In this document: positions 27,701 through 42,700 of the stretch, piece after piece | How the letters are laid out: every line of letters starts with the position of its first letter | How positions within the stretch are numbered: position 1 is the first letter of the stretch | Assembly: GCF_964355755.1 (NCBI RefSeq) | Contig: NC_092673.1 | Coordinates: forward strand, 9,734,001-9,798,000 | DNA from: Antedon mediterranea | Taxonomy: Eukaryota; Animalia; Echinodermata | Length of the DNA stretch: 64,000 nucleotides | Direction of reading: 5' to 3' | Translations under genes and position numbers: made by a program | Notes under the pieces: generated by a model | What the model was told of the DNA's origin: nothing | Database searches by the model: none | The model's input: the letters and a program-made list of their open reading frames with translations, nothing else

Positions 27701-30700
27701 TATGACCCCATTTACACTTACGATTTAGGCCGGCCCTGGGTCGGCAATTGATAAGTGTAAATACTCCAAAAAGTTAGGCCGGCCTTGGGCCGGACGCAGA
27801 TCTTGGCCACCTCTCTAGGTAGGTTCAGGAGCGGCTTTTACGTTTGGGCCGGCTTACGCAGTGAACCGTGAATAACGTTTGACCTTTTTATGAGGTTGTT
27901 GTTATGACGATCCGACATTCTCAGTACATCATACCTTCCTCCTTTTCGGGCGACAATTTGTTTCCTTCATCATTTATATAGTTAAATTTATTTTCAGACA
28001 TCTTCTTTCAATAAAGTATTCCTCCGCTTGTTTCGCATATACATAAAATACAGCCATATTATATATAAAACAGTGGTGTTCATTTTGTTTTTAATGGGAC
28101 AAAAAACAACAATACAGTATAAATATAAAACGGTCGGTTCGCGCAGAGAGTTGAATTGACGATCGAGAGAGAAAAATGTAAACAAACTGAACAAACTGTA
28201 CTTCGTATCCCAGCATGCAATGGTACTTCCGATAAAATTATTTACGACCAGTAATCTGCGTCGCTAGTGTAAACGCTCTGGGGCCGACCTAAAAGGTAAA
28301 TATTTGTAACCGGCCCTGGACCCAGCTTGTAGGTGAAGTTGCAGTTTTTTATGTACTGTAACCATATAATAATTCAAAGTTGTGGAACCTTTTTGTCATT
28401 TTAGGATTTTCTGGTCATTTCTGTGACACCAATGACGATGACTGTTTGAATCACCAGTGTAGTAATGGTGGAACTTGTATAGATGGGATTAACTCATATA
28501 CCTGTCACTGCCCCGCCAATTTTACAGGTAATGTTAAGTTTATTTGATTATGTTGACTTCCCACGTCGTTGTACCTTGATTACGAAATAATTTTCAAAAT
28601 GAGATTTTGATTTCTAATCGCATTAAAACAAAATTATATTTGATTCTGAGTTATTGATTACGTTCTTTGTTTAAAGATCATATTATTGTGCATTGCTCCG
28701 TTTATCAATGAATATCCTTTTAAAAATATTATTGTCATTAATTAATACTAAACCTGGAATATATATTCCTTAGCAACTGTAGTAGTTTGGCAGCTTAGAA
28801 TTTTGGTGTACTCTTCAAAGGTCACAGAACCCTTCTTCGTTTAATCATATTTAGCCAAGAAAATAATTGAGTCTTTATTCATTTTGCATTGTGGATCTAG
28901 TGCAATTCCTTTGTTCTGTTTAATGATGTCATCAATTATAACATTTTGTTTTACTTTCTCAAAGGAACTTATTGTATAACTGATGTTAATGAGTGCGACA
29001 TGAACATTTGTGAAAATGGCGCAACTTGTATGAATCTTATTGGTTCATATGCATGTCACTGTGTCAATGGCTATGAGGGCAATCGTTGTGAGATTGATAT
29101 AGACGATTGTGCTGATGCAGATTGCCAAGAAGGCGCTAAATGTCAAGATTATGTTGGAACATATGTCTGTGAATGTCCTCCTGGAAAAACTGGTATGAAA
29201 TTTATTTTATATGGATGTTAAGCCTTGTATACCAGCTATAAATCACTAGCCTGATATTTTTTATGAAAATGATTTTTAACAATTTAAAATTAGAACATAC
29301 TATGAACAATTAAAATGTAAAGGTCTTATTTTACATTTTAGGAAACAAGAACTGGTATTATCACCATATTTATTTTGTTGAAATTTAAAAGTTTGTGAAA
29401 TATAAGTGTAGAAAATATACAGAATCACTGCCTGGGCTCGCACATGGTATAGATTTTTATTTACATTTTTTATCTTAAAATTCATATATTTAAAGTATTA
29501 TTAATTTAAATTATTTCATTATCTTAGGTATCTTGTGTCATCTTGATGATGCTTGCCATAGCAGTCCTTGCCACCCTGGATCGCGATGTGAAACTGATCC
29601 ATTGACAGGTCTAGCACGCTGTGTGTGTCCTAGAGGCTATGAAGGAGGAGCCTGTGATCAAGATATTAATGAGTGTCTCTTAGGTTAGAAGAATTTTCTA
29701 ACAATTGATCTATTATCAGGGCTGCAAATGAAATATAACATTTGACATCTTGAAGGGAATTATATTTTTCTTGAGGGAAAATATAAACTAGCTATGCTCA
29801 CGCTAAGGTCAATTTGACGCGATGGTAATGCTACATCGCTACATTATAGGCTGGCGACGACGGCGGCGAAGTCGTTGTGGTTTACATAAAAATATTTGAA
29901 GCCTAACTAAGCTGACGAAGTTTGAGTTTTTAAGGAAAAATTGTTTTCGCAAGTTTTGCGAATAATATAAATTTTTTTTTCGCAAATTGACAACTCCAAT
30001 CGCAATTTGCGAAAATTCGAATGGGTAGCGTGAGCATAGAGACTAGGCTATTTCAGACGTAGCTGGAGAGCACTAAAAGTTAATTTTGTTTAGCCATTTG
30101 GCGAAAGTCAAAACATTTTAGTCAAATCAGTTTATCTATAGCCAAAATTTTTTTTATTTAGCCAAATGAATCGGTTTTTAGCCAAAATTTAAAATTGTTG
30201 AAATATAATGGTAAAAACATTTTAGTCAATTTATCTATGTCAACAGGTACACTGTTCCCTGAACGTTTTTGTAAGGCATTGAGATAGAGAACCATGCCTA
30301 AATCACTGTATGATTAAAAAAAATAATATTTTTTTTGTATTTTCTTTATATGATCAAAACAATTGTTCAAATTGTTTTTAATCATACAGCATTCATACAG
30401 TTATCAATTTAATAAGAAACATTTTACAGTTTTCGGAAATCCTCTGAACGCTATGTTACTTTGTTTTTTACGCTTGGCTGGTCATGTTTGTGTGATGGCT
30501 TCCATCGCGTACCAGGCGAAATTCGTGTCCTAGACTTCACGGTCACTCAGCGTCACCGCCGCGCAGCGGGTTAATGCTTTTAAATTGGGTATGCTCAAGA
30601 GGTGGGAAAGTGCAGTAACGCCGGCCTAGGCCTACAAAATTATGTACGACGGTATGTCGTACCGAACATTCCTAGCAAACGAACACTCGTATCGTTGTTG

Positions 30701-33700
30701 AACGTAAGATAATATAGGCCAAAGCACAGAGTAGGCCTACACGTCTTTCCATCCCTCGAGGCTGCGCCGAAGCGTTTCTGTCAAGGCGAAAAATTTATAC
30801 CGTCCCGATTATTTACACAACACAGAAGTCGGTGTCCGGCCCCGCTCAGCTATAAATATGCACGTGTGTGTTTATAGCTAAATCCCTGTTAGACTCTTCC
30901 ATTTCCCGCATGTTGTTTTGTTTACTCTAAATCTCGATAAGATTAAGACGTCATTCATCGAAGATACTATAATGTTTCTTTTTAATCGGAAGAGTACACC
31001 CTATCGAAAAATAGACAATCCCGGTAATTAGCCAACCGTCGGCTATCGTCGTAGTCATTTGGGAGGGCACAACACGTGATAGTTTTGGTAGACTTCATCA
31101 TCCATGTGTCGTGTAACGTCTGTCTCCTGTGCAGTCTACCTCTGCTATCTCGATCATATTTAAATAACAAAGAGACGCCTGGTACAACGAAACAAGTTGA
31201 CGAAAAATGGAGCTTGAAGTAAACAACGTGATAATGAACAAAATAAATGCTTGGAGATCGACAAATGGACCTTTTAGTTGGACTATATGCTTTCGCCAAA
31301 ATGATTATTTGATTATCTATTTTATCATATGTCAATATGTCATCGCCAAAATGGCTCAAGTAGTCGTTTTATTTTTCGCCAATCTGGAAACGTTTTCGCC
31401 CATGGTAGTATAGCATTAGTATTGTTGGTTAAAAAATGGGATAGTTTATTTAAACAACCCAGTAATATTTCGAAGAAGAAGTAGAAGTATTTCGAAAGAC
31501 TATTTCATAAAAAACACTTTTGATTAATCTATTCAATTTATATAGACACAGTGACAAATTAGTATACAAATAATTAATGCTTATGATATACTAGCAATTA
31601 TACCCGCTCCAGGGTGGATTTCAGAATAAGTTTATAGCCCTCTCAGTACATAACACTTGACGCTAGTATCTCACTATTCACCAACCTCACACCACCCCAC
31701 GCTCCTTTTTAAAAACAAATTCTTCCCAGGACAAATTTTAGCTTCCAAATGAGAGGAGTATACATAGCTATGATAGGCTTATCATTTAGGTATGTTGTAA
31801 AATGTGTACATGAATTTGTGTCATATTCGGATAATTAAGATATCTAATTTTGATACTTTAGCCCCCAGCCTTTTTCTTCCCAGTACAATTCCAATTATGT
31901 CATTACGCCAGTATTTCCGCTCCCTTCTCATACCCCCTCCCAACAACACATCCCAGATACTGGGTGATGTGTTTAACGCCCGTATTCTTAAACCGGACTT
32001 TAGTCGTAGTTCGAGCTAAAACTAAAAAAATGACGTCATTTTAATTCATAAACCGAACTTCAACTAAATCACCGACTAAATCAGGCCAACCTCGACTAAA
32101 TCGAGACGGATTTTGATCGATTTTTTTTAGTCCTGGAGGGGGCAGACTAAATGGTCGACTAAATGGTTTTAAACGATGTTTATAAAAAACGTAACAGTCA
32201 TTGAGTTGTTATATTGGCCAGATATTGAAGAATGAAATATCTATATTTATATTAGCTTAATTAAATATACATTGGTATAAATTATAATAATGAAAATCAT
32301 CTTTATTTACAACTGTATACAAATTACATTATTTTCTTCGCGCAAGTCCGACTTGAGCTACGTCACGCCATAGCGACAATGGGAGATGCGGCAATTCACC
32401 ACGCGATGGAATATTTAGGGGGCCTAGCGCTTTCTTGTCACGCTATGAAGTGCGTGGTTCGTGGCGATCATACTTTGTTGGGGGCCTAGAAAATATAAAA
32501 GTTACCGTACCGCCATGGTTCCTAAATATATTTTTAAGATTTTATTTGTTGTTAATCAAATATACTTCACTGTTAAATTAATACTGATATTGTTCTAATA
32601 ATTAACGATTAAAATTATTTTTCATGTATATAGTCCTGATGCGTAAAAAGTGTTGTAAGAAATGGAAAGTGATATCAATGCACAAAATTTCGTCTGCTCC
32701 TCAAATACTCTCTTGTCATTGGCCAATGTATAGCCTTTGTTACTCAGACGTGTGCAACTCGACTAAAAGCTCGACTTCATTAAGTCGAACTGCAAACTTC
32801 GACTACTTCGTTTTTTAATCGAATTTGAAGTAATAGCTCGAACTACGACTTTTCCAAGTCGAACTTCGAACTACGACTAAAGTCCGGTTTAAGAATACGG
32901 GCGTTAGACGTTTCCAGTAACAATTATGTTTGTCATCACCCCCAACCCATAACCCGACCGTCGTGGCAGTTTTCAAATGTAGTTTAAAACATTCCCAGTA
33001 CAGTTTCGGTCATGATGATAGGCCTACAACCCCACCCCAAGCTCCCAGCCCCTTCCCAGGGATAATAATTGACAATTCTGGTCAATTTGATAGACTTTTA
33101 CCCCATTTTGATAGGGCAAAATAATTAACACTATGTGATGCGTAATTAACCAATGGAATTGCAATAATGATACGGTGTGTTATAATACAGTATTGTTATG
33201 TATGTGCACTTTTTATATAGGATATGTATCTTGGGTATGGGCTGATGTTCTTTTCAATCAAAAAGTAAGCAATGTACTTAAGAGGAGGATTATAAATGCT
33301 GTATGATTATAAAATATTTTGACATGCAGCAGAAATAAGCCTCATGAAGCATATTCTAACCATGGAACTTAGTGTGATACAATGTTACAGCTAAGTTATC
33401 CTTTTAAAAAAATAATATTTGCAGATCTAAATCCGTGTGAACATGGAGGAACATGCGAGAATACATTTGGCTCTTTCCACTGTTCATGTGTTGAAGGCTA
33501 TGAAGGTTTATTCTGTGAGGAAGATACCAATGAGTGTGCATCAAATCCATGTGTGAATCATGGAACATGCTTAAACCGTATTGGAAACTTCTTTTGTGTC
33601 TGTTTAAGAGGTAAGTCAAAGCTCAAAGTGCCTTTGCCTCTTAGTTTATACTTAAATATAATTTATATAGTTTTCAAAATCACAAGGGAAAAAAAGTAAT

Positions 33701-36700
33701 GAAATACTTTCCAGAAAACATTCATAGAACATTCACTTTATTTTTGATTTTGATATTTTTACTATTTAAATGTTCTCACAATATCAAATTGTTAACTAGA
33801 TTTAATTCGTCACTATGGCGATTTATAGGTTATATGCATTGATTTATATAAAGATAATTAATTTTTCAAAGATATATTGATTTATTAATTTTCTCAGAAT
33901 CTTTAATTATTTATAATATATGATAGCCCGTATCACAATCCGACCAAAGATCCCTCTGCGTACAATGTCATAAACCACATTGTTACATAGTAATAAAGAC
34001 ATTACTTACTTTTTATCTAGATTTCATTATAAATTATGTGTATAATCTATACACTTAAAAATAAATTGAATAAACAATGCTGATAATAACAAAAAAATCT
34101 TATTTCGTTTCCCAAGGTGAGACTCAATCTCGGTACCTTGAATGCCATAGACACGAGCACAGACCACTGAGCCATACACAACTGAATAAAATTTGTAGAA
34201 AAATTCCTCCGTGTATTTACTATGCAGTCACCACTTTGGTGCAGATATTACATACCGCAATGAATTATAATTTTTTACTATGATGACATATTTAAAAATT
34301 TAAAAAAATGATGCACTGACAAACTATATATATACTTTTAACTTTAATAATATGAACTTTTGAAGGAAGAAAGTTAATGTTAAGTTTGTTATTTTGGCCT
34401 AAGAAAATGTCATAATTTGTTTGATTGTCAAAATTAATTTTTTTAAATTTAATATGCAATTAATGATGACTTAATCAACTTTAGTTCTCTTAATTTAATA
34501 ATAAATCATACATATGATACATACACTTCAAGAAAATGAAATAAAAAATAGGTGTTCCCGAGCATTCTGACGATCTTTATTAATTTTAAAATTTAGCATA
34601 TTTTCACCATTTTTTTAACTTACATGTGCGTAGCCTGTCACTTTTGACGTGCTCGTATAACGTAATTTTGCGTTGAAAAGTGAATAAAATATGACGATAT
34701 TATTAAAGATTAACAGAAATCGAACAACATGAGGAAACTTTCCCTCTTACCAAATTTCCAACTTTTGAACCAGGTTTTGTCTGTCCTTGATCGTGACAGC
34801 CTTAATGACTTTACTCAGCATGTGACCCCATTAAATGCTAAATGGATTAAAGCATGTAAGCTATCTAGGTATTTCCTGTGAATTTTTTTACTGAACATTA
34901 AAAAAAAGGCAGCAACCAAAACACTCAACAAAATAGAACTGAAACGAATATAAAGTAACAAAATCCAAATATTTATTCATTTATATAACAACATATTTAT
35001 AATAGGACGAAACGACTTCTCACGATCGGTATAGGCTTGGCCGGCCTTATTGCTAGGCTAAGGTCGATTGTAATTAAGTACTATTTCAATCCATCATATC
35101 GTAGCCTACGAAAATCTAACGAAGATACATGGCAGTCCATACGTGGAACTCCTAGGCTAAATATCGGATTAACTGTAACAAAATGTGTTAAATAAGGTTT
35201 TATTTACATACTCGAGCGAGTGACTTCCATGACATAATACCACTACTAGGCCTGGCCTAAAATATTCATTTTTTTTATATGAATTCTTCGCCTCATCTTG
35301 GCTTTCTTCGGCATTATTTTCAAAACACTGTACACATGATGGAAAGCCCACATCACACGTGTTTTGTCGCGACCCCTCGCCTTGTTGTTTATGATGACGA
35401 AATTGTTTTTGTTTTTGTACGAACATAATACCTACGCTACAATAAAGTAGTAATGTATATACTGTAAACAAAATTAATAGTTTGATTTTATATTTTAATA
35501 CATCTTAAATAAAGGCAAAGGTATTAAAAACTACATACAGTATTGTTTTTAAAGACATTTTATTATTAATATTAATACATGATAATTCAAAAACAAATCA
35601 CTGTACCACGCTTGTAAAATATTCATATGCCAAGACCTCGTGTGTCGTCTCTCTGGCCGGCTCGATTTTCTCCACAGCCTGGAAATCGTGATTTTTCAAC
35701 GAATTCTAACTTCGCGTAGAATTAATCAATTTTTACGATTTGAAATTGCTGATATATCACTTTTTCTTTTTATTCTTATTCATGGTTAAACAAATGGTAT
35801 TACTATTATTTTATAGAAAAACACATTTTCAAACATTCAGTCACTTCATTTGACCATGAGAGTAATTTGATCGGACACATTTTCCCAGTGATTTATTGAC
35901 ACTTCGTAAGGTCGCGCGGCCTAGGCTTTTGATGTGTAATGCGATTAGATCGATTAGACTCAGGCAAAACCTGGTTACAGTACCCGTCTAAAGCATCATT
36001 TGATGGGTAGAGTGGTAAGAGGGAAAGTTTCGGCATGAAAAGAGTGCGCATCAACGTTTAACGCGCAGTGCGTGTGCAAAAATTTGCGCACTCATGGCAA
36101 TTTTTTTAACGCTTGAAATTGCCTGAAACATACTCTAATTTCAATTAAAACAATTTTAAGCGCGTGTACGCATGCGTTATATGCGCTACGCACGTAATTA
36201 TATTGCCATATGATGAAATATGTCCTGAAATTCATGATAATGCATATAACCTAAATAATTGCAACAAATTTGAAAGAGTATGTGACAAAGTTTATTTTAA
36301 GGGAAACTAAATTAGAAAGAACATAGCTTGTGTTCCTAGTAACCTTTGTAAATGTATTAAAATAATTAGAAAAGTTAGTCAGAAGCTGAATGTTAGTGCA
36401 CAATTTTAGTTATTGTATTGAAGTATAGGGAAATACATTTAGTATTAACCTTTAGTATTGAACCAAAAAAATTTTGTTTGAATTGTAGCTAAAGTTCATT
36501 TCGCATTTAATTCATTTACTGATATTCATTTTTAACATCAAAACAGTTATAAAATTATGTTTAACGCACACAATATGGTTTTGCTCTTGCCCAAGTAAAC
36601 ACATTTCTGTTTTAGGAAAAATGTATTGTTTGTTTGATGTAAAGTTTTAGAACTATTACTATAAAGCTGCATCAATGATTCGATGACTGTTAACCAAGAA

Positions 36701-39700
36701 ATAATTGTGTTAAAAGTTGTCAAATTTGTAGTTCTAGCACTAAATAATGATTTATGATTTTTGCATAAGTAAAGATTATTTTTTTGTTTTCAAGAAATCA
36801 AGAAAATAATATATGTATTTTTGTAATATTTTGGGTGGGCTTCTTTTCATGATGGGCTTCTTTTCGAGATTAATGCTGTACATTTTGCTACTAAAAGAAT
36901 AGAATTTTTGAGACATTACCTTTCTATTTTACATATTTGTGATCAAAACACGGTTTTAAACTGAAAAATGAATGTACGATATAAACTCGATCATACATTT
37001 AATATTTAAGAAAATAAATTTAAAACAGATGGTATTGAAATTGTGTTATCTGTAAATGTGAGGATTTTCTCATACTTACCATTTAAGCATTATATAGATA
37101 TATAAAAAAAGAATTTAGTTGTTTGACTAACAGTTAATAATACATATGACTATATTCTTAGGATATGCTGGTGAATTCTGTGAATCTGAAATAGATGAGT
37201 GTGACAGCCGGCCCTGCCAGAATGGAGGCCAATGTATAGATTCCCTTGCTAGTTATTCATGCCAATGTGCATCAGGGTTCATAGGAGTCAACTGTGAAAA
37301 TGATGTTAATGAATGTTTATCGGAGCCATGTCTTAATGGAGGGACGTGTGAAGATTCCACCAACTCATTCATTTGTTATTGCAAAAATGGTAAGGAAGAT
37401 AATAATCTCTTGGAATTTAATGTTAATTAACATTATTCCTTTCCCAAGTTGTACAAGTATGTTAATTATTTCCAAGGATAATAACTTAACGCCGTTCCAC
37501 CGAATAGTCTTATGGCTTTTTCGCCTCGGCTGCTCGGTGAAGTTTCTCCAAAGTATTCCGTGACATGCTACCTACCTTGTCATCTGCCATTTCCTTTTAT
37601 ACCATTCCTATCCTTATTATCTTGTTTCTACTTGTTCTATCAACTCTTCATCAATATATTTAACTCTGGTAACAAACATGAATTTAGTTTTCCTATTATT
37701 GATCTTCATTCCATAATTTTTCCCTGCTTAATTTATTCTATCCATTAATATCTGAAGAGCATCATTAGTATTTGCCTTGTCGTCAGTAATTCTTTTGTAT
37801 TCCTCCGACTTTCACTCCTTCAGTACAGTTTGCCAGTGCTTTTGCGAGTAGAAACTCCTCTTATATTATATAAATTAGTCGATACACTTCATCCTTGCAT
37901 GACTCCTCTACCAATCTTTGCTAGTTCTGATAACTCTCCATCTATCATAATTACTGCAGCTTGGTTCATATATAACTCCCATATTGAATACCTGTTTCTG
38001 TAATCACCAATGTGTTCCAAAATATGCATCATTTTTAACCAATTAATCCTACCAAAAAGCTGTTTTCATAATCCACAGATATATAGTTCATTGCCATGTT
38101 TTAGTGACTTTTCATTACATACAAAATGCCTATAGCATCTCTTGTACTTTGCCTTTAACAAACCCAAATTTGTCTCCAATATAACCTGAGAATATTGATG
38201 TAAGTCTACCTGTGAAATGGTACTTTAGTCCTGTGTTCCTAACAACTTTGTGTGTTTAATTTCTTCTAGTGGTATAATGATTTATTTTGTAACATTTTCT
38301 TGCCAAATTCCGTTGTTTGTAAGTGTGATTATATAGTTTAGTGATGTAATGTGTCCATCTTCCAGGATAATATAATAATACACGCTTGATATAACTAACT
38401 TAAATATTTGATAATAACAAAAATGTGTATGCTGCCACCTACGTCTAGAATAAATAAACCCTCTGATAAAATGGTGATAATGAGTCAGTGTCATGTGTAT
38501 AAAACAACACAGATAAACTCTATATCCTACAAAATTGGCGACGAGGATTAAATAAGGAACAATAACAAACTTCTGTGAGTATTTGTAGACAGCTAATGAG
38601 ATCAAATATGCCGTCAACAGGCCGATTAAACACGTTTGATAATGACACAGAAGAATGGCCAGAGCCACTAGAGGCTTACATGGAAGCAAACTAGGTGCAT
38701 GACAACCGAAAAGTAGCGACACTGCTAACAGCGGTAGGTCCGAAAGCTTACGCACTATTAAAGGATCTATGGTCACCGGCATTGCCAAAAACGAAACAAT
38801 ATAATGAATTAACACAACTACTAACTAGAAGAGCATTTCAACCCGAAGCCACTGCTAATAGCAGAAAGGTAGATTTCACAAAAGTGATTAGAAGCCTGGT
38901 GAAAACATACAGGGATACCTGGTGGAGTTGAAGAAACTAGCAAATACTGCAAATTTGCCAATAATCTAGAAGACAGTCTGCGAGACAGACTAGTATGTGG
39001 AATAAACAACAGCGATACAGATGAAGTTGCTAGCGGAAGCCGACCTATCTCTACAAAAAGCAGTGAAAATCGCTGTTGCTATGGAGACAATGAACAAGGA
39101 CGCAGAGGAGTTAAAACATACACAAACCAGCACACACTATGTCGCAGTCAGAGGCTAGGTACACAGGTAATGCTAGCCAGGTGCAATGCTATAGATTCAA
39201 TGGAACTGGACATTGGCCCAGAAAGTGCTAATTTTTAAAGGGAGACTGCAGATTCGGTGGAAAACGAGGGCATATACGGGTTGCATGCAAAAACAAAAGG
39301 ATGTTCAAAAATTAAAATCAAAAAAGGTCCCTACAGTCGATAACGACAGTGATGAAGAGATTGAATGAAATAAACAAAGTTTCTTCTCATCATAATATAT
39401 GAATCAATATGGATAAGGACAATAATTAACGTCGAAGTGGAAATGGAAATAGACACCGAATCTGGACTGTCGATTATGTCAACAAAACACTGCAAGCGGT
39501 ATTTTGCGAACACACGATTGGAAACATGCACTCAAATGTATTTTGGTGAACGCACAAAAGCGAGAGGCCAGCTCAGTGTGAATATAATGTACAATGAACA
39601 GAAACACAAAGCCAACTTATACATTGTCAACGAGGGTGGTCCTCAACTATTTAGTAGAGAATGGTTGCAAGTGATTAAGTTACCATGGACAGGTACCTGC

Positions 39701-42700
39701 TACCCAAGATCGAAGACATTTTTTAAACTAATTAATGCAGAGACATTTAGTAAACTCTACCTCAAAAACGCTTACCAACATTTGGAAATGGAAGAGGAAG
39801 CAAAAGAGCTACTAACCATCAACACACATAAAGGACTATACAAAGTCAACAGAATGCCATACGGTATAACACTAGCATCAGGCATATGGTAATGAACGAT
39901 GGAACAGATCCTACAGGGCATCGATGGAGTTAAGGTAATCTTGGATGATATGATCATCACAGGAAGGACAGATGAGGAACATCTAAAAAATATAGAGCGA
40001 GTACTAACGCAACTAAGCAATCATGGCCTCAGCCTTAACAAAAGCAAATGCAAGTTCATAAAATCTAAGGTGTCATTCTACGGACAATGAACATTGTGTA
40101 ACTTTAAATGAGAGCGAACATAGACGCTGAAAAAGGGTAATTAGGAAACCCAAAAGATTGAAAACAGAAATTTAAAGAAAGACTCGCAAAGAAATTTGTT
40201 GATTTGATTTTGAACTTTATTCGAAGCTTAACAGAATCACAATATGAACTCGTATCACACTTCAGCCTATTCACGCAGTACACTGTTAAAAATTGTTTTG
40301 AAGTTATAAAAAAAAAACATATTCATCTGATAATTCTGAACAGCATAAGAGCACAACTAAATGTTTAAACCACTTTTGAATTTAACAGGGGAGAGTTAAT
40401 TGTAATGTATCCATCTCCCAGAATAATATAATAATACACGCTTGATATAACTAACTTAGATATTTGATAGTAACAAAATCGTGTATGCTGCCACCTACGT
40501 CTAGAATCAATAAACACTGATAAAATGGCAATAATTCGTATTGGGAACTTTCGTTGTCAACGTAAAGATTCGTTGAGTACTTTTTGTATTCGAATTGTAA
40601 ATTTGTGCTTAACAGAAAGTCATTCGAATAGAAAACGTTGACAATGAAAGCTTTTTCTTTAATGACAATCTCAACGCTCAAAATACTCCGTTAAAGAATA
40701 CTCAACGGAAAAACTACTCAACGGTACACTCGAATATGACAAATGAGTCGGTTTGTAGAACATTGATGTTCTCAAAGTTGTTTATTATACGGGTCACGAT
40801 ATGCTGTCATACAATCCCCAGACATACGCACATGATCGTAAGAGTTAAATAATAAACTGATTAGTATTAAATGTCATTATGGTCTACTCGTCTTATTTCT
40901 ACAATAGTTTACATGGTGTCAATATGGGCGAGACCTTTAGGAGACATAACCAACTAAGTTTTGAAGGAAAAGTTGTGCCCAAAAAAAGTAAAAACTGAGC
41001 TTTAGAGAAAGACAGGTGTGTTATAACGCCAGTAGAAGAAGCCACCGATTGGGTGTCTTCAATGTGTGCAACCAAAAAGAAAAACACTGATGACATAAGA
41101 TTATGTATCTGTGATCTACACAAAGCCTTAAAAAGGCCACACCACCTCATGCGTACAATAGAACAAGCCACAACGAATCTTACAAACTGTAAGGTTTTTA
41201 CTGTGCTCGATGCTAAAAACTCCTTTTGGCAGATTCCACTCGATGATGAATCAACAAACCTGACCTGTTTTAACACTCCACTAGGAAGATTCAAGTGAAC
41301 TATACCAAAGGGCAATGGAGACACTCTTCGAAGGATACCCAGGCGAAATAATAGTGGATGACCTTCTAATAGGAGGAATTGACATGGCTGATCGCAATGA
41401 GAAGTTAGACAAAGTTTTTACTAGAATCAAAGAAGTAAACCTAAAACTGAACAAGGCCAAATGCAGATTCAGAACAAGCCAAGTGTCTTACGTTGGACAC
41501 TTAATAACTAAAGATGGAATCAAACGAGACCCGACAAAAGTCCAAGCAATTGTTAAAATACCACCACCTGAAAACCAAACCGAGCTGAACAGGTTTTTGG
41601 GAATGCTAAACTATCTGTCCAAGTTTGTAGACACCAACTACAGTGAAATGAAAGCCCCACTATGAGAGCTGCTTCGTCAGGACTTTATATGGAAATGGGA
41701 ACCACATTATCAAAGCTCATTTGAAAGAGTAAAGCAAAAGTTAATCTCCCCACCAGTCCTTGCATTTTACGATGTGAATAAAGAAATCACACTAACTTGT
41801 GACGCTTCAAAGTATGGACTGGGTTGTGGTTGCTTACAAGAACGAAAACCAATCGCCTTTGCCTCAAGAACAATGACAAGCACAGAACAAAACTATGCAC
41901 AAATCGAAAAAGAGCTATTAAGTATTGTGTATTGTTTGATACGACAAAATTTACATCTATTGAAAGCATGTTACCATCGAAACAGACCATCAGCCACTTG
42001 TGTAACCATAATGAAAAAACCTTTACACAAGGCCCCGGCAAGACTTCAAAAGATGATGATGCAACTTCTTCGCTACGATTTTACACTTGTTTACAAAAGA
42101 GGTTCCGAATTACACCTGGCAGACACTCTGTCAAGGGCACCCTGCAAGTCAACAGAACACATTAATCTTGAATATGAGGTAATGACACTATCACAAATAT
42201 CAGAGCGACGAAAAGACGAATTAAAAGCAGCTACAATCAAAAACGAAGAAATGCAGCTTCAAAACGATCAAAATTTGGAAATTCTTTCCATACAGAGACG
42301 AACTAACAGTTCAAGATAATATTATAATGATGTCTCACAAAGCCATGATTCCCAAATCACTGCAACAGGAATATGTTAAAGTCCTTCATGGTGGACATAT
42401 TGGGGTAGAAGCGACGAGGCGTGGAAGGGCCATCGTTTACTGGCCCACAATGCATAGTGACATACACAAATTTGTAGAGAACTGTAAAATATGCAATGCA
42501 CTAAAACCACTGAAATTGCACCCTATTCCTGATCTTCCTTGGCAGATCGTAGCATCGGTCCTTGAGTGGAACAACAAACACTATGTTGTCATTGTCGACT
42601 CATATTCTGGATGGTTTGATTTCAACTCACTGCATGATATGAGACGTGAAAGTGTGATTGTAAAACTAAAGCGAAGCTTTAGCACCCATGGAATACCAAG

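Noticed and set aside
30040-31410. Single P-element-like unit with ttagccaaa/ttcgccaa subterminal repeats
   Set aside because: Repeat-like, but I could not find matching ends or a target duplication.
33795-36330. Additional repeat elements in intron 8
   Set aside because: Single terminal-looking motifs (e.g. ...gacagccTTAA near 34804) without a clear partner; boundaries cannot be supported.
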